From NCBI GenBank assembly GCA_031370645.1, contig JANMQV010000223.1, positions 1 through 36,921 on the forward strand: a stretch of 36,921 nucleotides of DNA. Reading direction: 5' to 3'. The DNA comes from Candidatus Eiseniibacteriota bacterium (GTDB lineage: Bacteria; Eisenbacteria; RBG-16-71-46; SZUA-252). The notes beneath the pieces were generated by a model that saw only the letters and a program-made list of their open reading frames with translations, ran no database searches and was not told the DNA's origin. The position numbers and the translations under genes are program-made. Shown here one piece after another: positions 24,141 to 31,891 of this stretch. The first letter of the stretch is position 1. Every line of letters starts with the position of its first letter.

Positions 24141-24470
24141 ATGGGCCCTCGAATTCGTTCCCTCCGACTTGCGCTTTCGGCCGCCATGCTCATCGTGCTG
24201 ACCGCGCTTCCCGGCGTTTGGCTTTCCCAGACCCCTGGAAACGCGTTCGGTCCCGCCACGGCATGGGCAGGCGGAACGCCCGATGAGACGCTGAGCCCTC
24301 CGCCGATTCCGCCGAAGAAGGCGAGTGCCCTCGGCAGGCGGTTGGACTTCGGTACCACGACGCCTGGCAGGGCGATCGGCGATCGGATCGAGCGGAAGAC
24401 GCCGATCTCGACGATCGATCGATTCCGGGCGCTCTGGACGATCGTGCGCGCGACCACCCTCAGGATGTAG
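24141..24470 (+). CDS. Small exported protein, candidate signalling propeptide (109 aa)
   Basis: AGAAGG SD-like; basic N-terminus plus hydrophobic core (LALSAAMLIVLTALPGVWL); AWA signal-peptidase-like site before GGTPDETL; Pro-rich linker; amphipathic C-terminal helix. Lies between a promoter and the bEBP gene. Confidence 0.7.
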   Translation: MGPRIRSLRLALSAAMLIVLTALPGVWLSQTPGNAFGPATAWAGGTPDETLSPPPIPPKKASALGRRLDFGTTTPGRAIGDRIERKTPISTIDRFRALWTIVRATTLRM

Positions 24471-24543
24471 AGCCGAAAACCGAGACCACGGGGACGGGAC
24501 GCCGGCGCGAGCCAATGGGACCGCCGGCCTCCAAGGACGAACG

Positions 24544-27015
24544 GTGGACAAGACAACGGCAGCGTTGATCCGGGAACGCGAGGAGGCGGTCACGACCGCC
24601 CGCCTGGCACAGGATGGCGCTCGGCAACTTCAATCGCTCGAAGATCTCGCGGAGATATTTCTGCGCGCCGATTCGTACCTTCCGGCGCTCCAGAATCTCG
24701 AAGAGTGCATTCAGTCGGCCGAGCGGCTCGGTCTCGACGGCGCCCGCATCGCGGCGCTCGAGATCAAGGTGGCCCAGGTCCTCATCGAGAAGGGCGACGC
24801 CGCCGCGGCGCTCCGCCACCTGGCCCGCGCTCGCGCTCGCTCCATCGCCGAACCGAACCCCGAACTCATGGCGCGCGTCTATCTGCAGAACGCCCGCGCG
24901 CTCATCGAACTCTCGCAGTACGAGGAGGCGCTCTCCACCTGCGAGCGCGCTTTCGCCATCTTCAAGGAACGAAATCTCCTCGCCCCGCTCGCCCACACGT
25001 ACAACTGTTTCGGCCGAATCTACTATCGTCTCGGCGAGTTGGACCGCGCGAAGGAGTACTACGAAGCCGCGCTTCATCTCTTCCGCTGGGATCTGAACGA
25101 CGAGGAGGGCGTCATCCGCGCCCACAACAACCTCGGCGTTCTCTATCGTCATCTCTCCGACTGGCGTCAGTCGGTATGGCATCTCCTCCGCTCCATGGAA
25201 TTGAGTCAACGCCTCGGTAACTTCGCTCACCTCGCCGTATCGAACGCCAACCTCGGCAACGTCCACCTGAAAGCCGGCACCTGGGATGAGGCGCGGGAGC
25301 ACTACGATCGCGCGCTGATCGCCTACGTGCAGATCGGCCGCGACGCGGGCGTGGCCCGTATGCGGACCGGCCTCGCGACGATCGCCACCTATCGCCACGA
25401 TTTCGCGGCGGCGGAGGTGCACCTGGCGGCGGCGCACCAGATCACGGCGCGTCTCGGCAACTCGCGCGAAGCGGCGCTCGTTCTCTTCGGGCAGGCTGAA
25501 CTGCAGCACGAGCGCGGCCAGTTGGAAGCGGCGCTTCGCCTCTACGACGAATCGCTGGACGTGGCGCGCGAGATCGCGCCCGAAGGCGACATGGTCGGCG
25601 AACTCCAGCGGAAGCGGGCGGAAGTGCTGGCACTTCGCGGCGATCTTCCGTCGGCCTTGAAGGCCGCGGAGGACGCGCTCCAGCGCGCGAAGCGGCTCGG
25701 CGACCAGTTGGAAGAGGGAGCCGCGCGCCGTGTGCTCGCCGTCCTTCACGCCCAGGACGGGCGGCTGGTGGAGGCCCATACCGAGTCGCGCGAGGCGATC
25801 CGCATTCTCGAGTCGATCCACGAGCGGATGGAGCTGGCTCGCGCCTATCTCGACCTGGCGCGCCGGATGCCCCGCGAGGGAGATCCCGAGCGCCTCCGTG
25901 AAGCGCAGAATCTCGCCTTCAAGGCGATGTACCTCTTCGAGCAACTCGGCATGGAAGACTCCATGCGCGCGGCCGAGACCGCGCTCCGCGAGCTGAACGC
26001 GCCGGCGTGGCTCACGTCGCCGCGCGGCGGACGTCCTTCGCCGCCGCCGATCGCGGCCCAGGCGCAGGAAGTCGCGCGGGCGCACGGTGTCGTGACGGAG
26101 AATCAGCGCACGCTCGACGTGGTGCGTAAGGCGTCCGAACTCCTCGCGACCCCGGCCCGCTGCCTCATCCAGGGCGAGACGGGCGTCGGCAAGAATCTCC
26201 TCGCCTACATGTTCCGTCAGTACGAGATCGAGCGCGGCCACCCGTTCGTGGAAGTGAATTGCACGAGCCTCCCGGGCGACCTGGTCGAGAGCGAACTATT
26301 CGGCTACGTGCGGGGGGCCTTCACGGGAGCCGCCATCTCGAAGCGCGGGATCTTCGAGGAAGCCGACGGCGGGACGATCTTCCTGAACGAAATCGGCGAA
26401 CTGACCGAGCGCACTCAGGTGAAACTGCTCCAAGTATTGGACGACGGTACCTATCGCCGCTTGGGCGAGGTGCGGGCCCGTCGCTTGAACGTCCGCATCA
26501 TCTCCGCCACGAACAAGGATCTCGATACCGCCGTGAAGGCGGGCTGGTTCCGCGCCGACCTCTACTACCGGCTCGGACAGGTCGTGCTCTCGCTTCCGCC
26601 GCTTCGCGAGCGCCGCGAGGACATCCCGCTTCTCATTCGCGGCTTCCTGGATGAACTGGCGGTGCGCGAGGGGCGGACAGTCGTGCTGGCGGAAGACGCG
26701 ATGGAGTACTTGGCGTCGCTGCCGTGGCTCGGCAACATTCGCGAGCTGAAACACAAGATCGAGAGCATCTTCCTCTGCGCGGGGAAGCAGGAGGTGGTCG
26801 ATCGCGCCATGCTCCTGAAGCTTCTCCATCCGGGCGGTTCGGCGCCGGCGTCGGAAGCGCCCTCCACGCGGGGACTCCGCCGGAAGGTCGACATGCTGAA
26901 GCGCGAGGAGGTCCTCGCGGCCCTTTCCCGGAACGGCGGCAACCGCAGCCGCGCCGCACTCGAGTTAGGCATCACCCGCCGGCATCTCATCCGGCTCCTC
27001 AAGCAGATCTACTAG
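24544..27015 (+). CDS. TPR-domain sigma54-dependent transcriptional activator (bEBP; TPR-AAA+-Fis HTH)
   Basis: About 480 aa of TPR repeats (e.g. AHTYNCFGRIY, AHNNLGVLY, NANLGNVH); GETGVGK, ESELFG...GAFTGA, FLNEI, FRADLYYRL, WLGNIREL; HTH NRSRAALELGI. GTG 24544 after AAGGA chosen as start. Confidence 0.93.
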   Translation: MDKTTAALIREREEAVTTARLAQDGARQLQSLEDLAEIFLRADSYLPALQNLEECIQSAERLGLDGARIAALEIKVAQVLIEKGDAAAALRHLARARARSIAEPNPELMARVYLQNARALIELSQYEEALSTCERAFAIFKERNLLAPLAHTYNCFGRIYYRLGELDRAKEYYEAALHLFRWDLNDEEGVIRAHNNLGVLYRHLSDWRQSVWHLLRSMELSQRLGNFAHLAVSNANLGNVHLKAGTWDEAREHYDRALIAYVQIGRDAGVARMRTGLATIATYRHDFAAAEVHLAAAHQITARLGNSREAALVLFGQAELQHERGQLEAALRLYDESLDVAREIAPEGDMVGELQRKRAEVLALRGDLPSALKAAEDALQRAKRLGDQLEEGAARRVLAVLHAQDGRLVEAHTESREAIRILESIHERMELARAYLDLARRMPREGDPERLREAQNLAFKAMYLFEQLGMEDSMRAAETALRELNAPAWLTSPRGGRPSPPPIAAQAQEVARAHGVVTENQRTLDVVRKASELLATPARCLIQGETGVGKNLLAYMFRQYEIERGHPFVEVNCTSLPGDLVESELFGYVRGAFTGAAISKRGIFEEADGGTIFLNEIGELTERTQVKLLQVLDDGTYRRLGEVRARRLNVRIISATNKDLDTAVKAGWFRADLYYRLGQVVLSLPPLRERREDIPLLIRGFLDELAVREGRTVVLAEDAMEYLASLPWLGNIRELKHKIESIFLCAGKQEVVDRAMLLKLLHPGGSAPASEAPSTRGLRRKVDMLKREEVLAALSRNGGNRSRAALELGITRRHLIRLLKQIY

Positions 27016-27068
27016 TCCCGAAGCCCCGCTCCACCGCATCGACTCCCGTGCCCCAAACCGAGCCGTAG

Positions 27069-27186
27069 GTGTGACATGAAGGTCGCGTTTCCCCCTATGG
27101 GGTGGGACATATTGGCAACCCGCTCTGCGCTAATGGCTTGGCGTTATGTGGGGGTGTCGAAGTGTGACATTCGTGTCCAGTGTGAC
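27069..27186 (+). promoter_or_regulatory. Candidate bEBP enhancer (UAS) repeats
   Basis: GTG(T/G)GAC at 27069, 27102, 27162 and 27180; the first three continue AT. Two form partial palindromes (GTGAC-atgaag-GTCGC; GACA-ttcg-TGTC). Confidence 0.55.
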
Positions 27187-27298
27187 CCCGCAAGGCGACG
27201 TCCCAGCCTCTGAACCGACGTCTGCGGCGCCCACGCAACCCTTTCTACTGCATAGTCTTGAATCTCATTTTCACGATCTGGTCGATTCAAGCCATGGG

Positions 27299-27314
27299 CG
27301 GCACGTCGGATGCA
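27299..27314 (+). promoter_or_regulatory. sigma54 (-24/-12) promoter
   Basis: CGGCACGTCGGATGCA: GG-N10-GC spacing with GGCACG and TGCA consensus blocks, directly downstream of a bEBP gene. Confidence 0.72.
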
Positions 27315-27324
27315 ATGGAACAGG

Positions 27325-27473
27325 GTCAACGCAAGGCTTTGAAGGGCCGCGGAGGGTGGGGAGCTCTCAGAAGACGCCAAATGTAGAGCTAACCCTCTTC
27401 CCTTCGTCCTCTGGACTAAAGGCTCCTGTATTGACTCTCACTGGGTGCCTCATCTCCCGCGGCCTTAGTTTTT
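27325..27473 (+). ncRNA. Putative sigma54-dependent structured small RNA (~150 nt)
   Basis: Predicted +1 near 27325; 27343-27361 pairs with 27448-27466 (18 of 19 pairs, 4 G-U); internal hairpins; ends in TTTTT; no credible ORF downstream of the promoter. Confidence 0.6.
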
Positions 27474-27516
27474 ACAACACAGGATGGGTCCCCCCCACCC
27501 GCGTTTCGCACCGCAT

Positions 27517-29034
27517 CTAGCTCGACACCTCGCGATCGTCGGCCGTGCCTGTTTCGCCGCCCTTCAGCAGCATGGGGCGGACTAGAAGCTCGCGTTCGCG
27601 TGTCGCCAGGGCCTGCCCCGGCTTACCGCGTCTCGGCTTCGAAACGAACTTTCGCTCGGTATAGATAACTGGGACCCGCGACAGCTTCCGTGCCTTGCTG
27701 AAGTAGGCGGCCGTGGCGGCCGCCTCCTCAAGCGTCCGAGGTTTGGGGACAGCGGTCCGCGTCGGCCGGCGCAGGATCACGTGGGAACCCGGTACCCCCA
27801 CGACGTGGAACCAATAGTCGTGGGGTTGGCTTAGGCGGTGGGTGATCAGGTCGTTCTCGGTGTTGTTCCGACCGACCCAGAGTGTCCACCCATCGCTCGT
27901 GAAAAGCGTCCTTGGCCTGATTGAACGGTGCGCCCCTGGAGATCGGTGCTCTGGACGTTCCGCGCGGGGCGGCGTGGAGGATTGCCGTGAAGAACGGTTC
28001 CCCTGTCGCTCGCCCCGTGCACTTAAATCGAGAGCTGCTGACTTGAAGAACGCGTCGAGAGACGCGAGCGCTTCCTTCGGCGGCAAGTCATAGACGGCGC
28101 GGCGGACGTCGGCGCAAGCCGCGAGATTCTTCCGAGTATCGGCGAGACGACGCATCACCAGCGAGAGACCCCGCTCGCCCTTCTTAGCCCTCTGGAAGAG
28201 CCGCGCCGCGTTGTCCTGAGGGGAAAGGGCCGGGTCCAGCACGAGACGGACCCGGGCACCCGGCGAGTCCGCGTACGGATCGGGGAGTTCGGCGTGGCTC
28301 GCCCCCCTCTGAATGTCTTTGTAGTACGTCAGCAACAGTTCCCCCCGCCGACGGTCGAGGAGACGATCCTCGGCCGCCTTTTTGTCTCCCTCCTGCGCCT
28401 TCTCGCGCCGCGTGAGGATCCGCTCCGACTCCTTGAGGTGCCGGTCGAGCGTGTGGCGGAAGTCGTCCTGGAACGCCTTCTCGATGCGGCCGCGGAACGA
28501 CTCGAGCGCCGCGTCGTCACCCCGCGCGAGGAGCACGATCGCCGCGGGGCGTGCAAGGCTCGACGTGGAAGGCGGCGCTGTGGTCGCGCCATCCGCCGCG
28601 GCCTCTTCCTTCCGATCCAGCGCCCAGATCACGCGGTTCTCCTCCGCCAGGCGAAGCGAGAATGCGATGCGCGGCCCCTCCGCGGAGAGCGACAGGCGAT
28701 GCGTCTCCACGCCGGCTTCGGCGCCGTCTCCCGGCGCCGCGAGCGAGAAGAGAACCTCTCCCGCCATTCCCTCCGTTGCCTCCGCGCGAAGGAGATGCAA
28801 TCCGCGAAGCGGCCTCTCCAGCCCTCCGTAGGGAGTGCCGCGAGGGTCGGGAGAGATCGGCATCTTGTCGGCGAGCGCCAGCGTCGCGCGCTTCGCCTCG
28901 AGGAAGATCCAGATGAAGGCGCGCGGCGTTCCGTCGAACGCGAGCGCGATGGCGCGCGGCCCGAGCGGCACGACGCCGGTGAGGCGCCGGCCTTCCAGGG
29001 AATCGAAGCCGTGTGCCATCGGGCCGCCGCTCAC
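27517..29034 (-). CDS. NFACT/Rqc2-family (RqcH/FbpA-like) protein with divergent N-terminal domain
   Basis: GELL...LDPALSPQDNAARLFQRAKK middle region; NFACT-R motifs VGRNNTENDLIT, WFHV..VPGSHV, AAYFSKAR, VSKPRRGKPG. Start GTG 29034 (coupled) or ATG 29019. Confidence 0.88.
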   Translation of the reverse strand: MSGGPMAHGFDSLEGRRLTGVVPLGPRAIALAFDGTPRAFIWIFLEAKRATLALADKMPISPDPRGTPYGGLERPLRGLHLLRAEATEGMAGEVLFSLAAPGDGAEAGVETHRLSLSAEGPRIAFSLRLAEENRVIWALDRKEEAAADGATTAPPSTSSLARPAAIVLLARGDDAALESFRGRIEKAFQDDFRHTLDRHLKESERILTRREKAQEGDKKAAEDRLLDRRRGELLLTYYKDIQRGASHAELPDPYADSPGARVRLVLDPALSPQDNAARLFQRAKKGERGLSLVMRRLADTRKNLAACADVRRAVYDLPPKEALASLDAFFKSAALDLSARGERQGNRSSRQSSTPPRAERPEHRSPGAHRSIRPRTLFTSDGWTLWVGRNNTENDLITHRLSQPHDYWFHVVGVPGSHVILRRPTRTAVPKPRTLEEAAATAAYFSKARKLSRVPVIYTERKFVSKPRRGKPGQALATRERELLVRPMLLKGGETGTADDREVSS

Positions 29035-30836
29035 CGCGCAGCGCCGGTCGGGGGAGAGGTCTCAGTCCGGAGCGAATCCATCTCCGAAGGAACCCCGAGC
29101 TGGGCGCTCAAGCGCCGGAGATTGTTGATCGCGTCGGGATATCCGGGAAGCGCGTCGAGAGCGCGGCGGTAGGCGATGAGGGCTTCGTCGGTCCGTCCCA
29201 TCTGCTCGAGCACCGCGCCCAAGTTGTTCTCCGCCTGCGCCAGGCTGGGCATCCGTTGGAGCGCGGCTTGGTAGGCGACGGCCGCGGAATCGGGCCTGCC
29301 GGCGTGCGCGTGAAGATTCCCGAGCGCGTACAAGCCGGGCGCGTAGTCGGGGCGGATCGCGGTCAGTTGCCGGACGTGGACGAAGGCGGAGTCGCGCTGA
29401 CCCATTTCGTCCTCGGCCGCGACGAGGTTCAGGAGAAGTTCGCCCGCATGCTCCGGCGCGAGTTCGATGGCGCGGCGATAGTGAATGGCGGCGCCTTCCA
29501 AGTCGCGCTGCTTGTACTGGAATCCTCCGACGATCGCTTGGACGTGCGGCGATTCGGGGGAGTCGCGGAGCATCGATTGGTAAAGCGTCCCCTCGTCGCG
29601 CCAGATCGCGACGCGCGGCCAGAGGACGGCGCCGAACCCTACCGAAACCCCGAAGATCGCCCCCATGAAGATCCCGCCGAACCGGCTGGCGTTCGTCCGC
29701 GCGGCGGGCTTCGACCGGCGGCCGCCGGAGGCGCCGGCGGGCAGGAGGAGCGCCGCGCACGCGAGCGCGATTCCGAGCGTGAGCGCGGCACTCGGAACGA
29801 AAAGGAATCGCTCCGCGACAAGCGCGCCGGAGAGGAGCTTCACGTAGCAAACGGGGAGGAGTGTCGCCACGAAGAGCGCGAGCGGGACGCTCCAGGGCGA
29901 ACGGCTGCGAAGCGTCATCCAGAGCCCCGTCGCGAGAGCGGCAAGGATCAAGACCCCCGCCACGAAACTCACGTCGGGCGACTGAATGGCCGCGATCTCA
30001 TGTCGCGCGGACAGGTGGATCGGCATGAGCAGGAGCGGCACGTAGCGCGCCACGACCGCGACGCTCGTGAGAATCTGCGCCGTCGCTCCCTCCACGGGCG
30101 AGATGCCCGGGATCGGGTTTGACCCGAGCACCATGAATCGCGTGATCAGGTAAGTGGCGACCACCACCACGACAACGCCCGACGCGCGCGCCAGGTCGCG
30201 GCCGGAAATCTTTCGATCCGAGACCCAGAGCGCCAGCAAGAGAATCGGCGCCCCGAAGAGCGCGACTTCCTTCGAGAAGAGCCCCGGCAGAAGAATCGCC
30301 GCCGCCGGCGCGAGTTTCCACGTCGGATTCTGGATCGTCCGTCCGAATCGCACCGCGGCCCAGAGCGCCGCGAAGAGAAAAAGCGCCGCCTGCACGTCGG
30401 TTCGCCCGGAGATGAACGCGACACTCTCCGCGTGCGCCGGATGAAGCGCGAACACCATCGTGCCGAGCGCGGCCGCCAAGGGCCAGCCGGAGAGCTCCCA
30501 CGCGAAGAGCCAGAGAAAGAGACAGGCGGCTGCGTAGAGCAGCACATTCGTGCGGTGAAATCCGCGCGGATTCTCTCCGGAGGAGGCGCGGTCGAGCGCG
30601 AGGGAGTAGAGGACCGCGGGGCGGAAGTAGTTCCGCGTCATCGCCTCGTCCTTCAGGAATTGATCGAACGGTGTTTTCCAAAGCCGCGCCAGGTCCGAGG
30701 GGCCGTGAACGTCCAACGCGGGGCCGATCAAGTACGCGTCGTCCCAAACGAATTGGTAGTCGAGCGTTCGCGCGTACGGCACGACGGCGGCGGCCAGAAT
30801 GAGAAGGGCGAGAAGGAGAAGGAACCAGCGCTTCAT
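29031..30836 (-). CDS. TMTC-like GT-C membrane glycosyltransferase with C-terminal TPRs
   Basis: FVWDD acidic loop after TM1, YFRP, FALHPAHAESVAFISGR, SKE, AERFLFVPS, WRDE..L; multiple TM helices followed by TPR repeats. Confidence 0.85.
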   Translation of the reverse strand: MKRWFLLLLALLILAAAVVPYARTLDYQFVWDDAYLIGPALDVHGPSDLARLWKTPFDQFLKDEAMTRNYFRPAVLYSLALDRASSGENPRGFHRTNVLLYAAACLFLWLFAWELSGWPLAAALGTMVFALHPAHAESVAFISGRTDVQAALFLFAALWAAVRFGRTIQNPTWKLAPAAAILLPGLFSKEVALFGAPILLLALWVSDRKISGRDLARASGVVVVVVATYLITRFMVLGSNPIPGISPVEGATAQILTSVAVVARYVPLLLMPIHLSARHEIAAIQSPDVSFVAGVLILAALATGLWMTLRSRSPWSVPLALFVATLLPVCYVKLLSGALVAERFLFVPSAALTLGIALACAALLLPAGASGGRRSKPAARTNASRFGGIFMGAIFGVSVGFGAVLWPRVAIWRDEGTLYQSMLRDSPESPHVQAIVGGFQYKQRDLEGAAIHYRRAIELAPEHAGELLLNLVAAEDEMGQRDSAFVHVRQLTAIRPDYAPGLYALGNLHAHAGRPDSAAVAYQAALQRMPSLAQAENNLGAVLEQMGRTDEALIAYRRALDALPGYPDAINNLRRLSAQLGVPSEMDSLRTETSPPTGAAR

Positions 30837-30843
30837 GCGGGCC

Positions 30844-30873
30844 ACGTTAGGGAGCGGGCGCCAATGGGGTCAA
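30844..30873 (-). promoter_or_regulatory. sigma70 promoter for leaderless TMTC-like/rqcH-like transcript
   Basis: On the minus strand TTGACC-N18-TAACGT, 7 nt before ATG 30836. Confidence 0.6.
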
Positions 30874-30927
30874 CGGGAAACTCCCCACGCGCGCCGCGCC
30901 AGCCGCGCGAACACCCCTCCGAGCGCG

Positions 30928-30956
30928 TTGACGGACGCCCGGCTCGGGGCTAGAGT
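30928..30956 (+). promoter_or_regulatory. sigma70 promoter of yicC-gmk operon
   Basis: TTGACG-N17-TAGAGT. Confidence 0.7.
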
Positions 30957-31000
30957 GAAACCTCACTTCAACCTGTTCCCCGAAAAGGCGACCCACGACG

Positions 31001-31891
31001 ATGCTTCGAAGCATGACGGGCTATGGCCGCGGCGAGGCCGTGGCCGAGGGACTCAGACTCACCGCCGAGTTGCGTTCGGTGAATCATCGCTTCTGCGAAC
31101 TCTCCGCGCGCCTGCCGCGCTCGCTCGCCGCCTACGAAGCCGAGGCGCGGAAGATCGTTCAGGAGAAGATGACGCGAGGGAAACTCTCGCTCGTCGTGGC
31201 CTGGGGGAACGACGGCGCCGAAACCGAGGAGCCGGGCGGCACGCTCACGCTCGACCGGAAGACCGCCGACCGCTACCTCGAACTCTTGAATCAAGCGAAG
31301 ACGGCCTACGCGCTGAAGGGCGATCTCGACGTGAACGCCTTCGCCGCGCTTTCAAACGTCTTCGTCTGGCAGGAAACGGCACGCGATCCCGAGTTCTACC
31401 TGCAACTTCTCCGCACCGTCGTGGAACAGGCGACCGCTGACCTCCTTCGCATGAAGGAGCAGGAGGGGGCGCACTTGAAGAAGGATTTCGAGGAGCGCCT
31501 GGAAGGGCTTCGCTCCCGCGTGGCCACCGTGCGCGAGCGGGCGCCGCAGCGCGTGCGCGAGACATTCGAGAAGACGCGCGAGCGGGTGAACACGCTGCTC
31601 GAGGGGCACACGTTCCCCGAGGAGCGGGTGGTGCAGGAGATCGCGCTCCTCTCCGATCGGCTCGACTGCACCGAGGAGTGCGTGCGGCTGGAGGCGCACT
31701 GCGCGCAGTTCCGCCGCTACCTCGACGAGGAGTCCACACCGGGGCGGAAGCTCAACTTCCTCCTCCAGGAGATGAATCGTGAGATCAACACGATCGGCTC
31801 CAAGTCGAACGATGTCGCTATCGTGGAGCAGGTGGTCGAGGTGAAAGAGGAACTTGAGCGAATCCGGGAACAAGTCCAAAACATCGAGTGA
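31001..31891 (+). CDS. yicC: YicC/YloC family endoribonuclease
   Basis: SMTGYGR, ELRSVNHRF, GRKLNFLLQEMNREINTIGSK, ERIREQVQNIE. Confidence 0.96.
   Translation: MLRSMTGYGRGEAVAEGLRLTAELRSVNHRFCELSARLPRSLAAYEAEARKIVQEKMTRGKLSLVVAWGNDGAETEEPGGTLTLDRKTADRYLELLNQAKTAYALKGDLDVNAFAALSNVFVWQETARDPEFYLQLLRTVVEQATADLLRMKEQEGAHLKKDFEERLEGLRSRVATVRERAPQRVRETFEKTRERVNTLLEGHTFPEERVVQEIALLSDRLDCTEECVRLEAHCAQFRRYLDEESTPGRKLNFLLQEMNREINTIGSKSNDVAIVEQVVEVKEELERIREQVQNIE

Noticed and set aside
24325-24543. N-terminal extension of the bEBP given by the ORF track
   Set aside because: It overlaps the propeptide ORF and is low-complexity; a GTG with an AAGGA SD at 24544 is a better start.
27113-27128. Second sigma54-like site TGGCAAC...TGC
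   Set aside because: GG-to-GC spacing is 11 rather than the obligatory 10.
27308-27401. Possible tRNA-Sec on the minus strand (GGAAG start, CTTCAAA loop) given nearby selB
   Set aside because: Anticodon stem is only 3 bp, there is no TTCGA T-loop, and no acceptor stem or CCA is present.
27146-27520. 124-aa ORF, the 78-aa antisense ORF and a 23-codon ORF at 27315-27386 in the region after the bEBP
   Set aside because: No SD, atypical codon usage and no motifs. The + strand ORFs start upstream of the predicted sigma54 TSS, and the region is better explained by regulatory sites and an RNA.
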